Shown here one piece after another: positions 11,262 through 24,419 of a DNA stretch of 64,000 nucleotides. The stretch lies in assembly GCA_951406725.2 (NCBI GenBank), contig OX597814.1, forward strand, positions 158,348,001 to 158,412,000, read 5' to 3'. Below the pieces are notes generated by a model. The model saw nothing but the letters and a program-made list of their open reading frames with translations. It did no database searches and had not been told where the DNA came from. Position numbers and translations under genes: made by a program. This stretch comes from Octopus vulgaris (Eukaryota). The stretch's first letter is position 1. The number at the start of each line of letters is the position of its first letter.

Positions 11262-11470
11262 TTGAAAGGTCATATTGGTTTCAAATTAGTCCTGCAGTCT
11301 GTTGGATGGATTAAGTCGATTACATCAACTCCCAGTGCACTTATTTCACCGACTGTAAAGGACGAAGGACAAAGTCGACCTCGGCGGAATTTGAATTCGG
11401 AACGAACAGTCGAAATTCCATTAAGCATTTTGCCCACTATGCTAACGATTATGCCAGCTCGCCGCCTTCA
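11262..11470 (-). mobile_element. SINE family 2, degenerate copy
   Basis: Reverse complement of GGCGGCGAGCTGGCA...AATTCCGCCGAGGTCGACTTTG. Confidence 0.75.
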
Positions 11471-12242
11471 GTTGAAATATTATACTATTATACTATTAAA
11501 AAAAATCTCAGTTAGCAGTATTAAAATATTATACATTCAAAGACCAGAATGAACAAAAACGTCTTGACCCTGTCACACTGTTCTCGCTATAGCGAGAATA
11601 AGTTTAATGTTATCTTAGCTGGATTCCTTGTAATGTTGTAATGAACAATACATATAAACAAAGAAGATGCAGTCGCTTCTGTCCATTAGTTTGCCTGCAA
11701 TCGTTGCTCTTGGTCTGCATATGCACCTTCTCCTTTTTGGTTCAGGAGCCCAGGTTGAGAACAAAGTTAGAATTCAGATGCCTAGGTTTGAATATGACAT
11801 TTTACAAACGTTGAAAATACAATGCACATGTCTGTAACATGATGTTTGTGTATCTAAAATCAAAGACTGAAGTTTACATTATGCGTGATTAAATCTCAAA
11901 CAGAAGAATTATTAAGAAGAATCTATTAACATGTTAGAAGACACATTTATATGTCACTCTATCATAGCTGAATAGATTATAATTTATTGTCAAAAACTGC
12001 TATTGTTTTAACAATTTGTAGTCTTTGGCTTTTCTTATTTCTAGAACTTAAATATGTCGATCACTAAAAATGTCTTAATTATATTTTAAGCAACGCGGGT
12101 CTTATGATGTAAAACATGTCCAAATAATTATATACATATATTATTTATAATCAGAAGAATTCAAGCACTTAAGTGTATTTTTGGGTGTAGATACGGTTTT
12201 CCGGTACAGAAAACCTCTTCGAAGTCACGAGGTCACGAGTTC

Positions 12243-12790
12243 GGTGAGCTGGCAGAATCGTTAGCACGCCGGGCGAAATGCTCAGCGGTAATTCGTCTGC
12301 TGCTACGTTCTGAGTTCAAATTCCGCTGAGGTCGACTTTGCCTTTCATCCTTTCGGGGTCGATTAAATAAGTACCAGTTACGCATTGGGGTCGATATAAT
12401 CGACTTAGTGCTTTTGTCTATCCTTGTTTGTCTTCTCTGTGTTTAGCCCCTTGTGGGTAGTAAAGAAATAGGTATTTCGTCTGCCGCTACGTTCTGAGTT
12501 CAAATTTCGCCGAGGTCGACTTTGCCTTTCATCCTTTCGGGGTCGATTAAATTAAGTACTAGTTACGCACTGGGGTCGATATAATCGACTTAATCCGTTT
12601 GTCTATCCTTGTCTGTTCCCTCTGTGTTTAGCTCCTTGTGGGTAGTAAAGAAATAGGTATTTCGTCTGCTGCTACGTTCTGAGTTCAAAATCTGCCGAGG
12701 TCGACTTTGCCTTTCATCCTTTCCACTGAAACACTTTGTCTGTCCTTATTTGTTCCATCTATGTTTAGCCCCTTGTGGACAATAAAGAAA
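12243..12790 (+). mobile_element. SINE family 2, one head plus three tandem ~185-bp bodies
   Basis: TTCGTCTGC.GCTACGTTCTGAGTTCAAA...GAGGTCGACTTTGCCTTTCATCCTTTC repeats at about 12290, 12475 and 12660. Confidence 0.85.
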
Positions 12791-13759
12791 CAATTATTGT
12801 GTGTGTGTGTCTGACACGTTTGGCAAATTTATACAACTATATCATGGAAGTCAATTTTATACAACCATATCATGGATGTTTTGGGCGCAGCAGTTTGCAG
12901 TCATAACAGTTTGCGGTCATAACAGGATTCAAAGTCTATAGATTTTAAAAAACCAAACCATTATAGTGACCACTTTTAAAACGCTGTGTAATATATTGTA
13001 CAGAATGTATATTATTGTGCATACACAATAATGTGCATATCTTTGAGCATACAGTCTTATGTTCAGCTAGTCAGCGTACATAGTGAGATCTTCTGTCTTG
13101 AATTTAAATAATAAACTTCATATATTACAGACCTGTAAATTATCGCCTTCAGCGCTGTTAAAATTTCGTATTGGGCGGAATACCAAAAATATAACAATGT
13201 TTGTGCGTTTCATTCTTCAATTAGACAATATTTCAATACTGCTAAATATGATCGAATTTCACTTCATTATTTTATATATTTCAAATTAAAATCCATGCTA
13301 CCGTTGTGGATGAATTGGTTTTTTTCCTGGCAATATCACTGCTGTCGGCTATGCAGACTATTATACACAACAGCGATAATTATATTTACACATATGTTTC
13401 GATCCAACTTAGCTATTCTGAAGAGACTTATAATCCTCTTATACCCGATCCTAGAAAATATCTTAAAGTATACCTTACGCAAATCTTGCAAGAGAAAAAG
13501 AAACAAACAGAAACAGTAACTAGAGGATAATTGTATGTAACAGGTATTTTTCTTCATCGGATTTTCAATGATTCAAAATATTATATTCTTGTTATAGGAA
13601 ATTTCTCTTAACATATGTTGATAAAGCCTTTTGGGCCATATATTCTGAATCGCATTTTTATGCGTAGAATATCAGCAGATTTGGCAGATGTGAAGCAAAC
13701 GTAAAATATATATTCATATATGTGTGCATTTCAAGTTTATATATATATATATATATATA

Positions 13760-14190
13760 TAGGACATACTCTACGGAGAGCTTGCTAGGGGTACTAGGTC
13801 TGTGGGTAGACCGATCTTGCGTTACAAGGATGTTTGCAAAAGGGATATGAAGGCCTGCAACATCAACATTAGCAGTTGGGAGGCAGTCGCCGGCAACCGT
13901 GGAGAATGACGACGTACAGTAAAAGAGGGTATACAGAGGAGTGACAGAAAGAGAGAGGAGAAATGGAAAGAAAGGAAGAGACATAAACAAGAGACCATGG
14001 CACTACAATCAGCCAGGAACAGTCTTCGCTACATTTGCAGTACCTGCCAGAGGGAGTGTTTGTCCAGGATAGGACTACACAGCCACAGCAAGAAATGTAA
14101 CAGGAAATAAAATATAACAGCCGGACTAGACCTAGAAAAAAAAAAAAAATGCGCAACTCCATTGTCTCCCGAGACAGAAAGGATGCCAAA
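13760..14190 (+). pseudogene. RTE-clade LINE 3' end remnant
   Basis: Translates as DILYGELARGTRSVGRPILRYKDVCKRDMKAC, a typical RTE C-terminus; flanked by (TA)n. Confidence 0.8.
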
Positions 14191-14224
<34 letters not shown>

Positions 14225-14227
<3 letters not shown>

Positions 14228-14450
14228 AAAAGTTCACAAAAAAAAGCAAAAGATGAAGACAGGTGGTGTAGAAAACAAACAGATGTATTAGTATAACGCT
14301 CGGGAATTGAAAAAGTATTTGACATTTCGGGCCTAAGCTCTTTCACAGAAAGGAACACAGAAAGAAACAAGGAGAGAAACAAGGACAGGAATAAAAATGT
14401 GTGTAGTGGCTACCGATCTATCATGGCGAATGCCGGACAGAAGGGTCACA
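14225..14450 (-). mobile_element. Penelope pseudo-LTR-like repeat with a variant HHR-like motif; same family as 62720-62960 and 29380-29435
   Basis: Homologous to 62720-62960. The minus strand reads CTTT-CTGTGAA-AGAGCTTAGGCCC-GAAATGTC. Confidence 0.6.
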
Positions 14451-14936
14451 CAGGAAAGCTAAGAAGTTGGAGAGATAACAAAGTAATAGTGATCCCAAAA
14501 TGAAGGTGCGCGTGTGTATAAAAGAGTACGTTCGTGCGTGTGAAAGAGGGCTGGTGATCTTGACGTATGCATGTGTGTATGTGTAGGTGTGAAAATGTGG
14601 GGACGGGAATATCTATACCCAGCCGTAAACACATATCTACGGCTGTGTGTGTGCGTGTGTGTGTGCATGTATAAATATTTGCTTACGGGTGTGTATAGAT
14701 ATACATACATATAAATGTTTATGTTCAGATATATGCCTACTTATGTAGGTGTATACACATATTTGTATACAGATAATCATACTGAGGCGTAGATATATTC
14801 TCACATATGCACATATATATAACTATACATATATACGCATAAATGTATGTATATCAATGAAAGATATACACAAAATATAAGATTAGCAAACATCCCGAGC
14901 TATGTATTCTGACATCGTATGTATTCTGCTCTAAGT

Positions 14937-15120
14937 ACAGTGAACTGGCAGAATCGTTACGGCGCGAGAGAAAATTCTTAGCGGCATTTCGTTTGGCTTT
15001 CTACACTCTGAGTTCAAATGCCGAGGAGATCGATTTTGCCTTACATCCTTTTCAAAGTTGATAAAATAAGTACTATTTGAGAACTGGGGTCAAAATTGTT
15101 GGCCTGGTACCAAATTTAAA
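14937..15120 (+). mobile_element. SINE family 2, degenerate copy
   Basis: GTGAACTGGCAGAATCGTTA...CTGAGTTCAAATGCCGAGG. Confidence 0.75.
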
Positions 15121-15342
15121 AACAATAATTTGCATGCGTTCTTGTTAAGTTAAAGATTCTGGAACTACTGATTAATTCATTCCAAACCAGTTACCAACGA
15201 TATAATTGTGCTCCAAATGCGGTACGATTAAAAAATGTATAAGCACAGAATTCAAATTTTAAACACAAGTGAGACATTGTTTAAATGGAACCAACTTTGT
15301 AGACTGTTTTATACTTTTAGTGTATCAATATGAAATACAAGA

Positions 15343-15770
15343 AGGCGGCGAGCTGGCAGAAACGTTAGCACACTGAGGGAAATTCTTAGCGGCATTTTGT
15401 CTGTCTTTATGTTCTGAGTTCAAACTCCGCCGAAGTCACTTTGCCTTTCATCCTTTCGGGGTCGATAAATTAAGTACCAGTTACGCACTGGGGTGGATGT
15501 AATCGACTTAATCCCTTTGCCTGTCCTTGTTTGTCCCTTCTATCTTTAGCCCATTGTGGGCAATAAAGATATAAGAAACGTTAGCACGCCGGATGAAATG
15601 CTTAGCGGTATTTCGTCTGCCTTTACGTTCTGAGTTAAAATTCAGCTGAGGTTGATTTTGCTTTACATCCTTTCGGTGTCAATAAAGTACCTGTTGCGTA
15701 CTGGGGTCGATCTAATCGACTAGTCGCCTCCCAAAAAATTTCGGGCCTTGTACCTAGAGTAGAAAAGACT
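15343..15770 (+). mobile_element. SINE family 2, dimeric copy
   Basis: GGCGGCGAGCTGGCAGAAACGTTAGCAC at 15344, with a second AGAAACGTTAGCACGCC near 15574. Confidence 0.85.
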
Positions 15771-16439
15771 GTATCGCATATTTTTACATCAATGAATTGA
15801 CAAAATTACTATCCAATGTAATGGCAAGTGCTTGTTTCAAATCATTGTTAGAAGCATTTAAAAGGCCCTTTCTGTTTATGGGAGGCGCAAATAAGTCTCT
15901 CGTTTCACGTTCTTGGAGATAATCTTGCAGTAAGTTGAAAGAATTTTTCATTATACTGTTTTGCAAAAGATGTGTGTTTCTTACAAATCTGGTCGAGTTC
16001 AATGTTTCCTTAGTTGATGCTATGTTTATGATGACGCTTGCGAGAAGTTGTGTTGCCGTTGTGATCGATGTTTGTGCGAGTTTTCAAATACACTCACATT
16101 TGTGTCAGAAACACCAAGTAGATTATTATTTTGCATTTCATGTTCGCATTTTAGCTATAATTATTTTTGCGTACTGTCCCAAAAAATCTTTTCGATTACT
16201 GAAGAGGCATTTATATTTTTCATTTTTCGTCTTGCCATGTTGCCAGTCAGCAGCGTCTACAGAGATTCCTAAACGGCGAGCAATGTAGTCGACTTTTGCC
16301 AAGCACAACTTCCTACTACTCACCCCCTTGAATAGTTGCAGTCTTGGGTCAGGTAGAGACAAAGAATGTGAGTCTAACACTTGCGTTTTGTCGGAAACTC
16401 ACGGCGCGCAGAACTACGAAGTAGTTTGCACCTGTTCAG

Positions 16440-17000
16440 TGACGGATAAAACGCTTCTAAGCGTTTAGCCCGTCTTTACAACCTGAGTTAAAACTCTGCC
16501 GATGCCATCTTTGTTTTTTCAACCTTTCAGGGTCGATAAAATAAATACTAGTTGAAGCAATGGGCTCGATGTAAGCGATTTAACTCACCTCCAAAATTGC
16601 TGACCTTGTGCCAAAAATTAAAACCATTACTATTATAATGATTAAGTCAGCACGCCGATCTTAGCGACATTTTGTTCGTCTTTAAGTCTTTTTGGGGTCG
16701 ATAAATTAAGTACCAGTGAAATATTGTGGTCCATGTAATCAACTAGTTCCCTCCCTCAAAATTTCAAGCTTTTTGCTTCTAATAGAAAAGATTATTAATA
16801 TTAAGGTGGTGAGCTGGCAAAACATTAGCGCATCTAATAAAATGCTTGGCGGCAATTTTTCCAAGTCTTTGAGTACAAATTCTACCGAGCTTGACTTTGC
16901 CTTTCATCCTTTGGTGGTAGATAGCATAATTACAAGTTGACGTATGGGGTCGACGAAATCGACTTACCCGTTCCCTTAAAAATTACTGGCCAAAATTTAA
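16440..17000 (+). mobile_element. Cluster of three degenerate SINE family 2 copies
   Basis: Repeated GGGTCGATAAA..AGTAC and GAGCTGGCA motifs. Confidence 0.65.
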
Positions 17001-20000
17001 AGGCCTATTATTGTTGTTGCTTTTGTCGTTGTGGTTAACCCTTGAAAGTATGATTTCAAGAATCCTTTGAAATTACCTTCGCATTTCACCATTCTGAGAA
17101 TGATAAATGTCTATAACTATGAAGTACCGGAATCGATGTAATAGAATATATACCGCTTTCTACACATTACTGTGTTAAAATATTTTTGAACATTTGATTG
17201 TCTAAATTGTGAGATGTGGAGCAAAATGCCCCTCGGTTGCTTTTAGAGACATTATTGTCTGTACGTTTAGATACATTATCGAAGAAATCGATACCTCCGT
17301 AAGGAGGTACTTCTCTGTATGGATTAGTATATTACATAGTATGGTCCCTTAGATCTGTGCTTATACCAACTCTTTTTTGTTGATATTTCCTGGGGTTGGC
17401 ATAATTTTCAGTGTATGAAAGACCCAACTCTGTCATACCTGTTGATATATTCTCTCGTGACAACAACTGGGGAGTCAGAAATAACGTAGGTAATTGTTTC
17501 TGTCGGATCTGCTGTATAGTTGGTTACTATTCCGCATTGGATTTCTGTAGTTGAATATATTCTGCTTCAATACATATTCTGGAGTTAGTTAATGTATTCT
17601 TGTCAAGTTAATGATTTAGGAGTTTCCTTACGAAAAGCCTTTGATTCTTTTAGCTGCCAAGAATCTTAAGTATCAGCTTTCAGTTTTGTGCTTCTCTGCC
17701 AGGGCCGCAATTTTTATTTGTGTAGTTTCAAACAGTTCACTTATTTCAGGTATTAGGCATGGGGATGCTTTTATTGAGATCGTTTTAATGTGGCATTCTG
17801 TTTAATGTGGCATTTTACCTGGTATTTAACCTTTTCATAATTGTTGTTTACAAACGGTTCTCTTTTCTCTTTACAAAAGCCTATCACAGCCTTTTATTTT
17901 GTATTTGCCGATTTCATTGAAATTTATTGTTTTGTCCGTGTTTTATCGCTATTTGTATAGGTGTCTCATTGTTATTTACCAGCTATTTTAGTAGAGACTT
18001 TAGTAGTATTTCTACAGTAGTTTTAAAATTTTTTGTACTCGTAATGAATATAATTCCAATATACCGAATTTTGGTAGTATATTCTAAATGATGACGTTCT
18101 TTTAGCTTCGTTAATTAATTGTTGATCCAATAAAAAATATTATTGGGGTAGTGAGTTAATGGTTATTGCTTTATTGTTTGGATTTAGCTCTGTCTGTTTT
18201 CGGTATTAATATCGTGATTTGTCTTACCGGCATTTTCTTGCGTTTTTCTATGGCCTCTACTGTCTGGTTCATTACTTCGTAAATAGTTTATATTTTTAAA
18301 TCTGTGTTTGGTCTAATTCTTCTATATTGGTTTCTTTATCTAAAATTTATATAACATTTATCTGTTGTTATGTTCACTTTCTCTCTTCATTGCGGATTTC
18401 TAAGATTTTTTTAAATGTTGTAAATCAGTGCTCTCTCTCTGTAGCAGTGTTTCTCGGTGTTTGTCATCTTAGCGCACAATCCGAATTCAGTCGCATGCAA
18501 AAGATAGTTGGCTGATCCGTCGTAGCGTTTGTATCTGAATCCAGAGTCATTTAACCGTGTTGGCACCATTTAGAAAATGTCACCACCGTCTTTGTCGTCG
18601 TCATCACCACCACTACCGCCACTACCCTCATTGCCATCATCAGCATGTTAATGATTAGTTCTAATATAAAAATGTAATTTAAGAAATATAACGGGATTAG
18701 CTTTATTTCTGGTTGATTACACACACATATTTTTCTAATATATTGTTAAACCTTATCAACGATATATTTGGCTAGGTTTATACTATGAACATAGTTTTCT
18801 CACAGTTAAGAGACATCAGACATCATCAGATGCATTGTCTGCTCTTTGAACAGTTCTGTGCCGATCAAAATAACACATGATGTCTGTATCAAACAGAAAA
18901 ATAACCATCAGGCTGTAATACAAATAAAGGAATATTCGCATAGTCTATAACAGAGGTACATATTCTACATATGTATCTGAGAAGATTTAATAGAAACCTT
19001 GTTTCGAAAACTTATGAATACTGTTAAATAATCGTTAACATGGCGTCTCATAAGAAATAAGAAGACAAGATGTAACCTCTACTATAGGTGTAGCCTTTTC
19101 AGTGATTTGCTTATGAGTCTTCACTATCTATCTCGTTAACTAAACGCACTTTAATCGCTACAGTTATTTTCATAATATGAATGTAATAATGTCTTCTACT
19201 ATACTGCTGTTGTATTTTTTGTCAGTGGTCATCCGATCGCTCATATGACCTTCTCTAGCCGACCGGCATTTTAAACACTTCAATTATCTTGGAAATGCAT
19301 AATGCCTCATACTAGAAATGTGCTTCAAATAAATACAGTAATGTCATAAACTTTCGAAATCAACTTGTAAAGAAATGTTTTCTAATTGACTGACTTAAAA
19401 TCGTTTAAAATATGCTGAATCAAATCAAGGAGATCTCTTCAATACACCAAGTAAAATGTGAATGTTCGTGCGCAGAACGCGTATAAAATTATTACAATAA
19501 TCTTGCCAAATATAAACATTCGAAATGCAACAATTTATCGGTACGTTTCGGTATGTACAGTATGTATTGGTGAGATTTCGGATTGCAGCTATACAAAATA
19601 ACCAAGCAGGTGTAACCTTGCTAATGATGGGAACTAAATCAATATTCTATCATCAATATTTCTTAATCAATATTAATTAATATTCCATACCTAAAATCTG
19701 TACCAAATAAAGACTGTATTGTTATAGGTTTTCGTTATCGATCCACAATGATATTGCTTCTAAACAATTTATTTATGAACACGCAAAAAACCTAAAACCT
19801 CTGTTTATTTAACTCCAAATTGTGTTATTGAGTTATTCGTGGGGGATTTTTTCTTATCATTTCAGATCAGCCAGTTATTCTTTATCTTATATTGAATCTT
19901 TATTTCAACAGGTCAGTCAGGTGAAGGAGGTCAGAATCGACGACTATTTACAGGGTCAACGAGAATGGCAGGAAAACATGAGACATGGCCCGAATGCCTG

Positions 20001-20550
20001 CAGTAGAGTGTTGTCCTCTAAAGGCAGCCAAACATTAGGTACTGATGCTGTTATACCTGATGTCAGAGTAAATCTTCCATTTAAGGGCTTTCCCTTCGAA
20101 GATCTTCTATTCAGTTTTCTTCAGTTAATATCCAGCTTCCGTCACTAACAAGGGCTCTGAACTGAGGCTATGGAAGAAAACACTCTTAAACTGAATCCAA
20201 TCCAAGTACTTCCACACAAAGTTTAAAACTAAACCACCATGCCTGCACGTATGTATGATTTCCAGTTTCATTGGCTGATTTCCATTTCAGATATATATGA
20301 ATAAAAAAAAGTGTTATTGTATTAGAAATACGTTAAGCATTCTTGAGGAATCTAACAGCGTAGTACACCGGCACTTCTTTCAAAGGCTCAACCCCTACGA
20401 ATATACAGTTAACAAAAGTGCAGTGTGCCACTGAATTTGAAATCAGAGAGTAAAAGGACATAACCAAATACTATAATTTATAGTAACTGTTCTACAACTT
20501 TTCCCACTCGATCGATAATAGTAAGATAAAAATGATAATAAATAATATTG

Positions 20551-20885
20551 ATACATTATTTACATTTCATGGATATTTGTCCTCATCTTGTTTGTTGTTA
20601 TTCAGGTCGCTGCCTAGAATCGAACTCGGAATCTTTGGGGTTAGTAGCCCGCGCTCTTAACCACTACGACATATGCCCACGGGTATAATAAGAAGAATAA
20701 TAACATCGAAAAATACCTTAGGAATGAGAACCCAGGTTCGAAATTTCCCCAAGAAACCTGATGAAGGCTGGAGGGTAAATCAGCCGAAACAACAAACAAG
20801 ATGAAGACAAATATCCGTCAAATGCATATAATGTAAATATTGTAAATAATGTACATAATCCTTCATCTCTTAAATATAGAACTGA
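20551..20885. mobile_element. tRNA-headed HHR-bearing SINE-like element (family E) in an inverted composite: head plus tail on minus (20551-20683), HHR body plus tail on plus (20684-20885)
   Basis: The minus head reads GGGCATATGTCGTAGTGGTTAAGAGCG..GAGTTCGATTCT. The plus strand has CTGATGA-AGGCTG..CAGCC-GAAAC at 20758-20790. Segment 20551-20600 is an inverted copy of 20788-20836. Confidence 0.75.
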
Positions 20886-21132
20886 AAAAACATTGATATA
20901 GGCTATAAATAATGGTTTGCTTCTTATTCTGATCGTAATACGATATAAGTAATATCAATGTAAAGCAAAACAAACAAAACTTTTTCTTAAATTGAAAACA
21001 GCGAAAAATAAAGACAGCAATTGTGATTTTATGTACATGTTTTCTTGACAGCTATAATCTTGTAGCACGCCGATACTTGAAAATATGAATATCTAGAATA
21101 GAATCTATTGCAAAGATATATAAACTGTATTA

Positions 21133-21994
21133 ACTATATAATTTCTCTATGCAAATTAGAGCTTGTTGGTATTCTAAAGCAAAACTGTGGAGTTGTCAGC
21201 TAACTCCTCCTACATCGTTTTATCGATTTTGATGAAACTTGACACGTGAGTAGGACTCATATCTGGAAACCACATGACATACTCAGATTGTTGAAAATGT
21301 CGATAATAGGGCCCCTGGAAGGGATTTTTATATATATCTAATATATTTCATTTTAACATCCTAGGGAAATAACCTATTCGCCCAGATTTTAACAGCCAAG
21401 GGAAATAACCCAAACATTTTCCTAAATCATTTGGTATAAATCAAATTGAGTATGCTTATTTCTCAGTATTTGAGCTGTTAGAGTTATTTTCACAATTTAT
21501 CCAGTACAACCCTTAAACAAGTAAATAGCATTTTCTTAAACAATAGATCCACTTATTTCAGTTAGTGGCTTATTTACGAATATACCATCACTAGCGCTGC
21601 TAAATTGTTATTATCTTATATCTGATTAGTCTTTTATTACGTAATATGTTTCACGATTTTAGTATAGATACCTTATTAGTATATCCTACTAAGTTCAATA
21701 TAATCTGGGAACGCATTAAAGCCCTTTTCGGCGCTACTTTATTTGAATTCTTACTATCAGGTAATTAATTTCATGTTATTGCATAAATGACTTCACTAGT
21801 GGGTATTCATAACTTATTGGGAATTCCTAAAAGCAATATCATGTGTAAGACAGTTTGGTATTCTCTGTAAATGCACAAAAGCCGTTTTAAGCGCTACATA
21901 CTGTATTGTTGTTACTGGATTAGCGAAACAATTATGAGAACGGAACCAAGGAATAAGCCCCGCTTTCCCGGGAATTACCGGGTACATCAGCTAG
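21133..21994 (+). mobile_element. Non-autonomous Helitron-like element
   Basis: 3' hairpin CCCGG-GAATTA-CCGGG followed by CTAG (21991-21994). The 5' end has CTATATA and a CGATTTTGATGAAACTTG motif, as I recall from such elements. The 5' boundary is approximate. Confidence 0.65.
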
Positions 21995-23926
21995 TAGTAA
22001 AATAAAATGGGAAACATCACATTCAATAAGGTCTCAGCCGTTTTATAACCAGAGTTGAAGACTGTCACGGTTCACATTGCCTTTAATTCTTCCGAGGATG
22101 ATAAAAGAAGTACAAATTAATAACTGGTTGGTGTAATCCCCTATCCCTTCCGCGTGAATTTATGACCTAATGTTAATGTCAGAAAACAATAGTATATTTA
22201 ATCGACGGAGTTAATTAGCAGATTTTGTAGAACTTCATACGAAATACCATGCAAATTTTATTTAAGCTCTCTTTTCTTATAAAGTTAAAATGTCGTTGAC
22301 GTTGATGTTGTTTTTAATTCTTTTGTAACAATTTGGCGTGATTAAATCGACATTACCCTGGTCTAAAATTTGCGATCTTCTACAACCCTTACCAATCCAC
22401 ATTACATTTAATCGACCTTTCTCTCGTTTATACGGAAGCATTTTTCATCCTTAACGTTTCATACATTTTTTATTATATGTTGAATTGATCTCGATAAAGA
22501 AATTTCGTAAACAAATGAAATTTCAGAAACTAGAATATAATCTAAATTGACAATTCGTTTTCGATTTTCAGAATGAAGTTACAACAGTGTTATCCATTGA
22601 CAGTCTATTTAGATGATTTTAAAATATTCAGAATTTGAAAGGATTATTTGGAATTTGAAATTTCGCTCAAATTTAATTAACAGGTCACACATTTCAAATA
22701 TTTTATTTCAGTCTTGTCTTTTTTAATTAATTATTCTTATTTCATGTAATTATGCACATATTTAGTGCCTTAAAGTAGGTGAAGTATGGCAGAACGTTTA
22801 AGACTTTCTTGTCCAGACCGAAAGGTCGGGTGTTCAACACCTACTGTGTGGCATTTCAGGCAAGCATAATTTTATAAATTCTCGGGTAAGCCCATAACTT
22901 CTAAGCGAAATTAGGTAGATGAAAACTGCATAGAAGCCGACCAGGTAGATTGTACTTGTAATTCAGAAGGTAAAGCCTTGTCATACATTGTGCCAAGCTC
23001 ATTCTGCTTGAGAGTGCACGTTAATTCAGGAGTAGATAATTCACTTTATAGAACACTATTAAATCCTTAACCTTGAACAACAGAAACCATACTACGAATA
23101 TCTAAAATATGTTAAATTTATAAATATTGGTCAAATTATTTTTAAAATAACATTTCTTTATCGTACTCGTTTTACTGCAAACCACTTTCCATTGATTATG
23201 TTGGATGTCATTCCTAAATTTGATTCATTTTATTGATCTAGTAACTGAAAACTTTTAATGCTTTGAATTTTAATTGTTTCTGTCTTACAATTCTAATTCA
23301 GATTTACTGAATTCTTCGGTTATAAGTTTATTTTACCGTTTATATGATTTTAATAAAATTAAGATGTAACATTTAAGATTTTAAGATCTAATAAATTCAA
23401 GATGTAAGTTCATAAATATTTATATTAGAAGTCATAGCAAATGCTGAGATTTTATGAAAAGATTTTCTTTCCTCTTCCTTGTAAACTTCAATATAAAGAA
23501 AAAAATTTAGAGGCCGAACATTCTAAATATTTCATAAAAATAACTTACAGTGAAAATCGACATAGAAAACATTTTCTAACCATCAATGAATCCTCGATCC
23601 GATCTTGGCAAATACGAGAAAAATAGTCATGTATCCCTCAAATCATACCCCAATGTTTTAAAAAAGGATGCATGATGTGTGATGCCCGAGATACAGACTT
23701 GATGATCAATGTCGGAAAAATTTGCACTCGCGGTCTGCTTACTAAATGCTGAGGGGGGAAGTAACAATAGGAACGCAACTTAAAGACATCGCTTTGATGA
23801 TATATATAAATATATGTATGTATATATAGTCAGTTGATACACTGCTCCATGAGAGACAGCGCAGATATGAAGTGGATGAAAAAATAAACTTGGAATTCCG
23901 AATGAAACTGTAAATATTCTGATGTA

Positions 23927-23959
<33 letters not shown>

Positions 23960-23960
<1 letters not shown>

Positions 23961-24283
23961 AAGACTCCGCCGGTTACGACGACGAGGGTCCCAGCTGATA
24001 CGATCAACGGAACAGCTTGCTCGTGAAATTAACGTGCAAATGGCTGAGCATTCCACAGACACGTGTACCCTTAACGTAGTTCTCGGGGATAATCAGCGTG
24101 ACACAGAGAGTGACAAGGCTGACCCTTTGAAATACAAGTACAACTCATTTTTGCCAGCTGAGTGGACTGAAGCAACGTGAAATAAAGTGTCTTGCTCAAG
24201 GACACAACGCGTCGCCGGGAATCGAACTCACAACCTTACGATCATGAGCCGAATGCCCTAACCACTAAGCCACGCGCCCTCAC
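23960..24283 (-). mobile_element. tRNA-derived SINE, family 3 (CORE-like domain), full length
   Basis: Minus strand GGCGCGTGGCTTAGTGGTTAGGG (A-box), GAGTTCGATTCCC (B-box), then GTGTCCTTGAGCAAGACACTTTA; sits in (TA)n. Confidence 0.88.
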
Positions 24284-24316
24284 ATATATATATATATATA
24301 TATAAATATGTGTGTT

Positions 24317-24376
<60 letters not shown>

Positions 24377-24419
24377 GTTCCAGGATAACCACTGCTTAAC
24401 AGTAACTCTTCATCACGTT

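Noticed and set aside
13425-13530. CTGAAGA ... GAAACAGTAACT possible HHR
   Set aside because: Stem II and the cleavage triplet cannot be formed convincingly.
15784-16430. Short minus-strand ORFs in a moderately GC-rich block, possibly an exon or DNA transposon start
   Set aside because: No recognisable motif, interrupted frames and no clear splice sites or TIRs.
17170-18530. Strand-skewed block suggestive of an ancient LINE 5' region (similar hints at 40290-41060 and 46520-47200)
   Set aside because: Too decayed to support with specific motifs by eye; needs a translated HMM search.
24200-24283. tRNA genes (also 4610-4683, 20600-20683, 39810-39883, 63205-63280)
   Set aside because: A/B boxes are present but no complete cloverleaf is evident, and each continues into a repeated SINE body.
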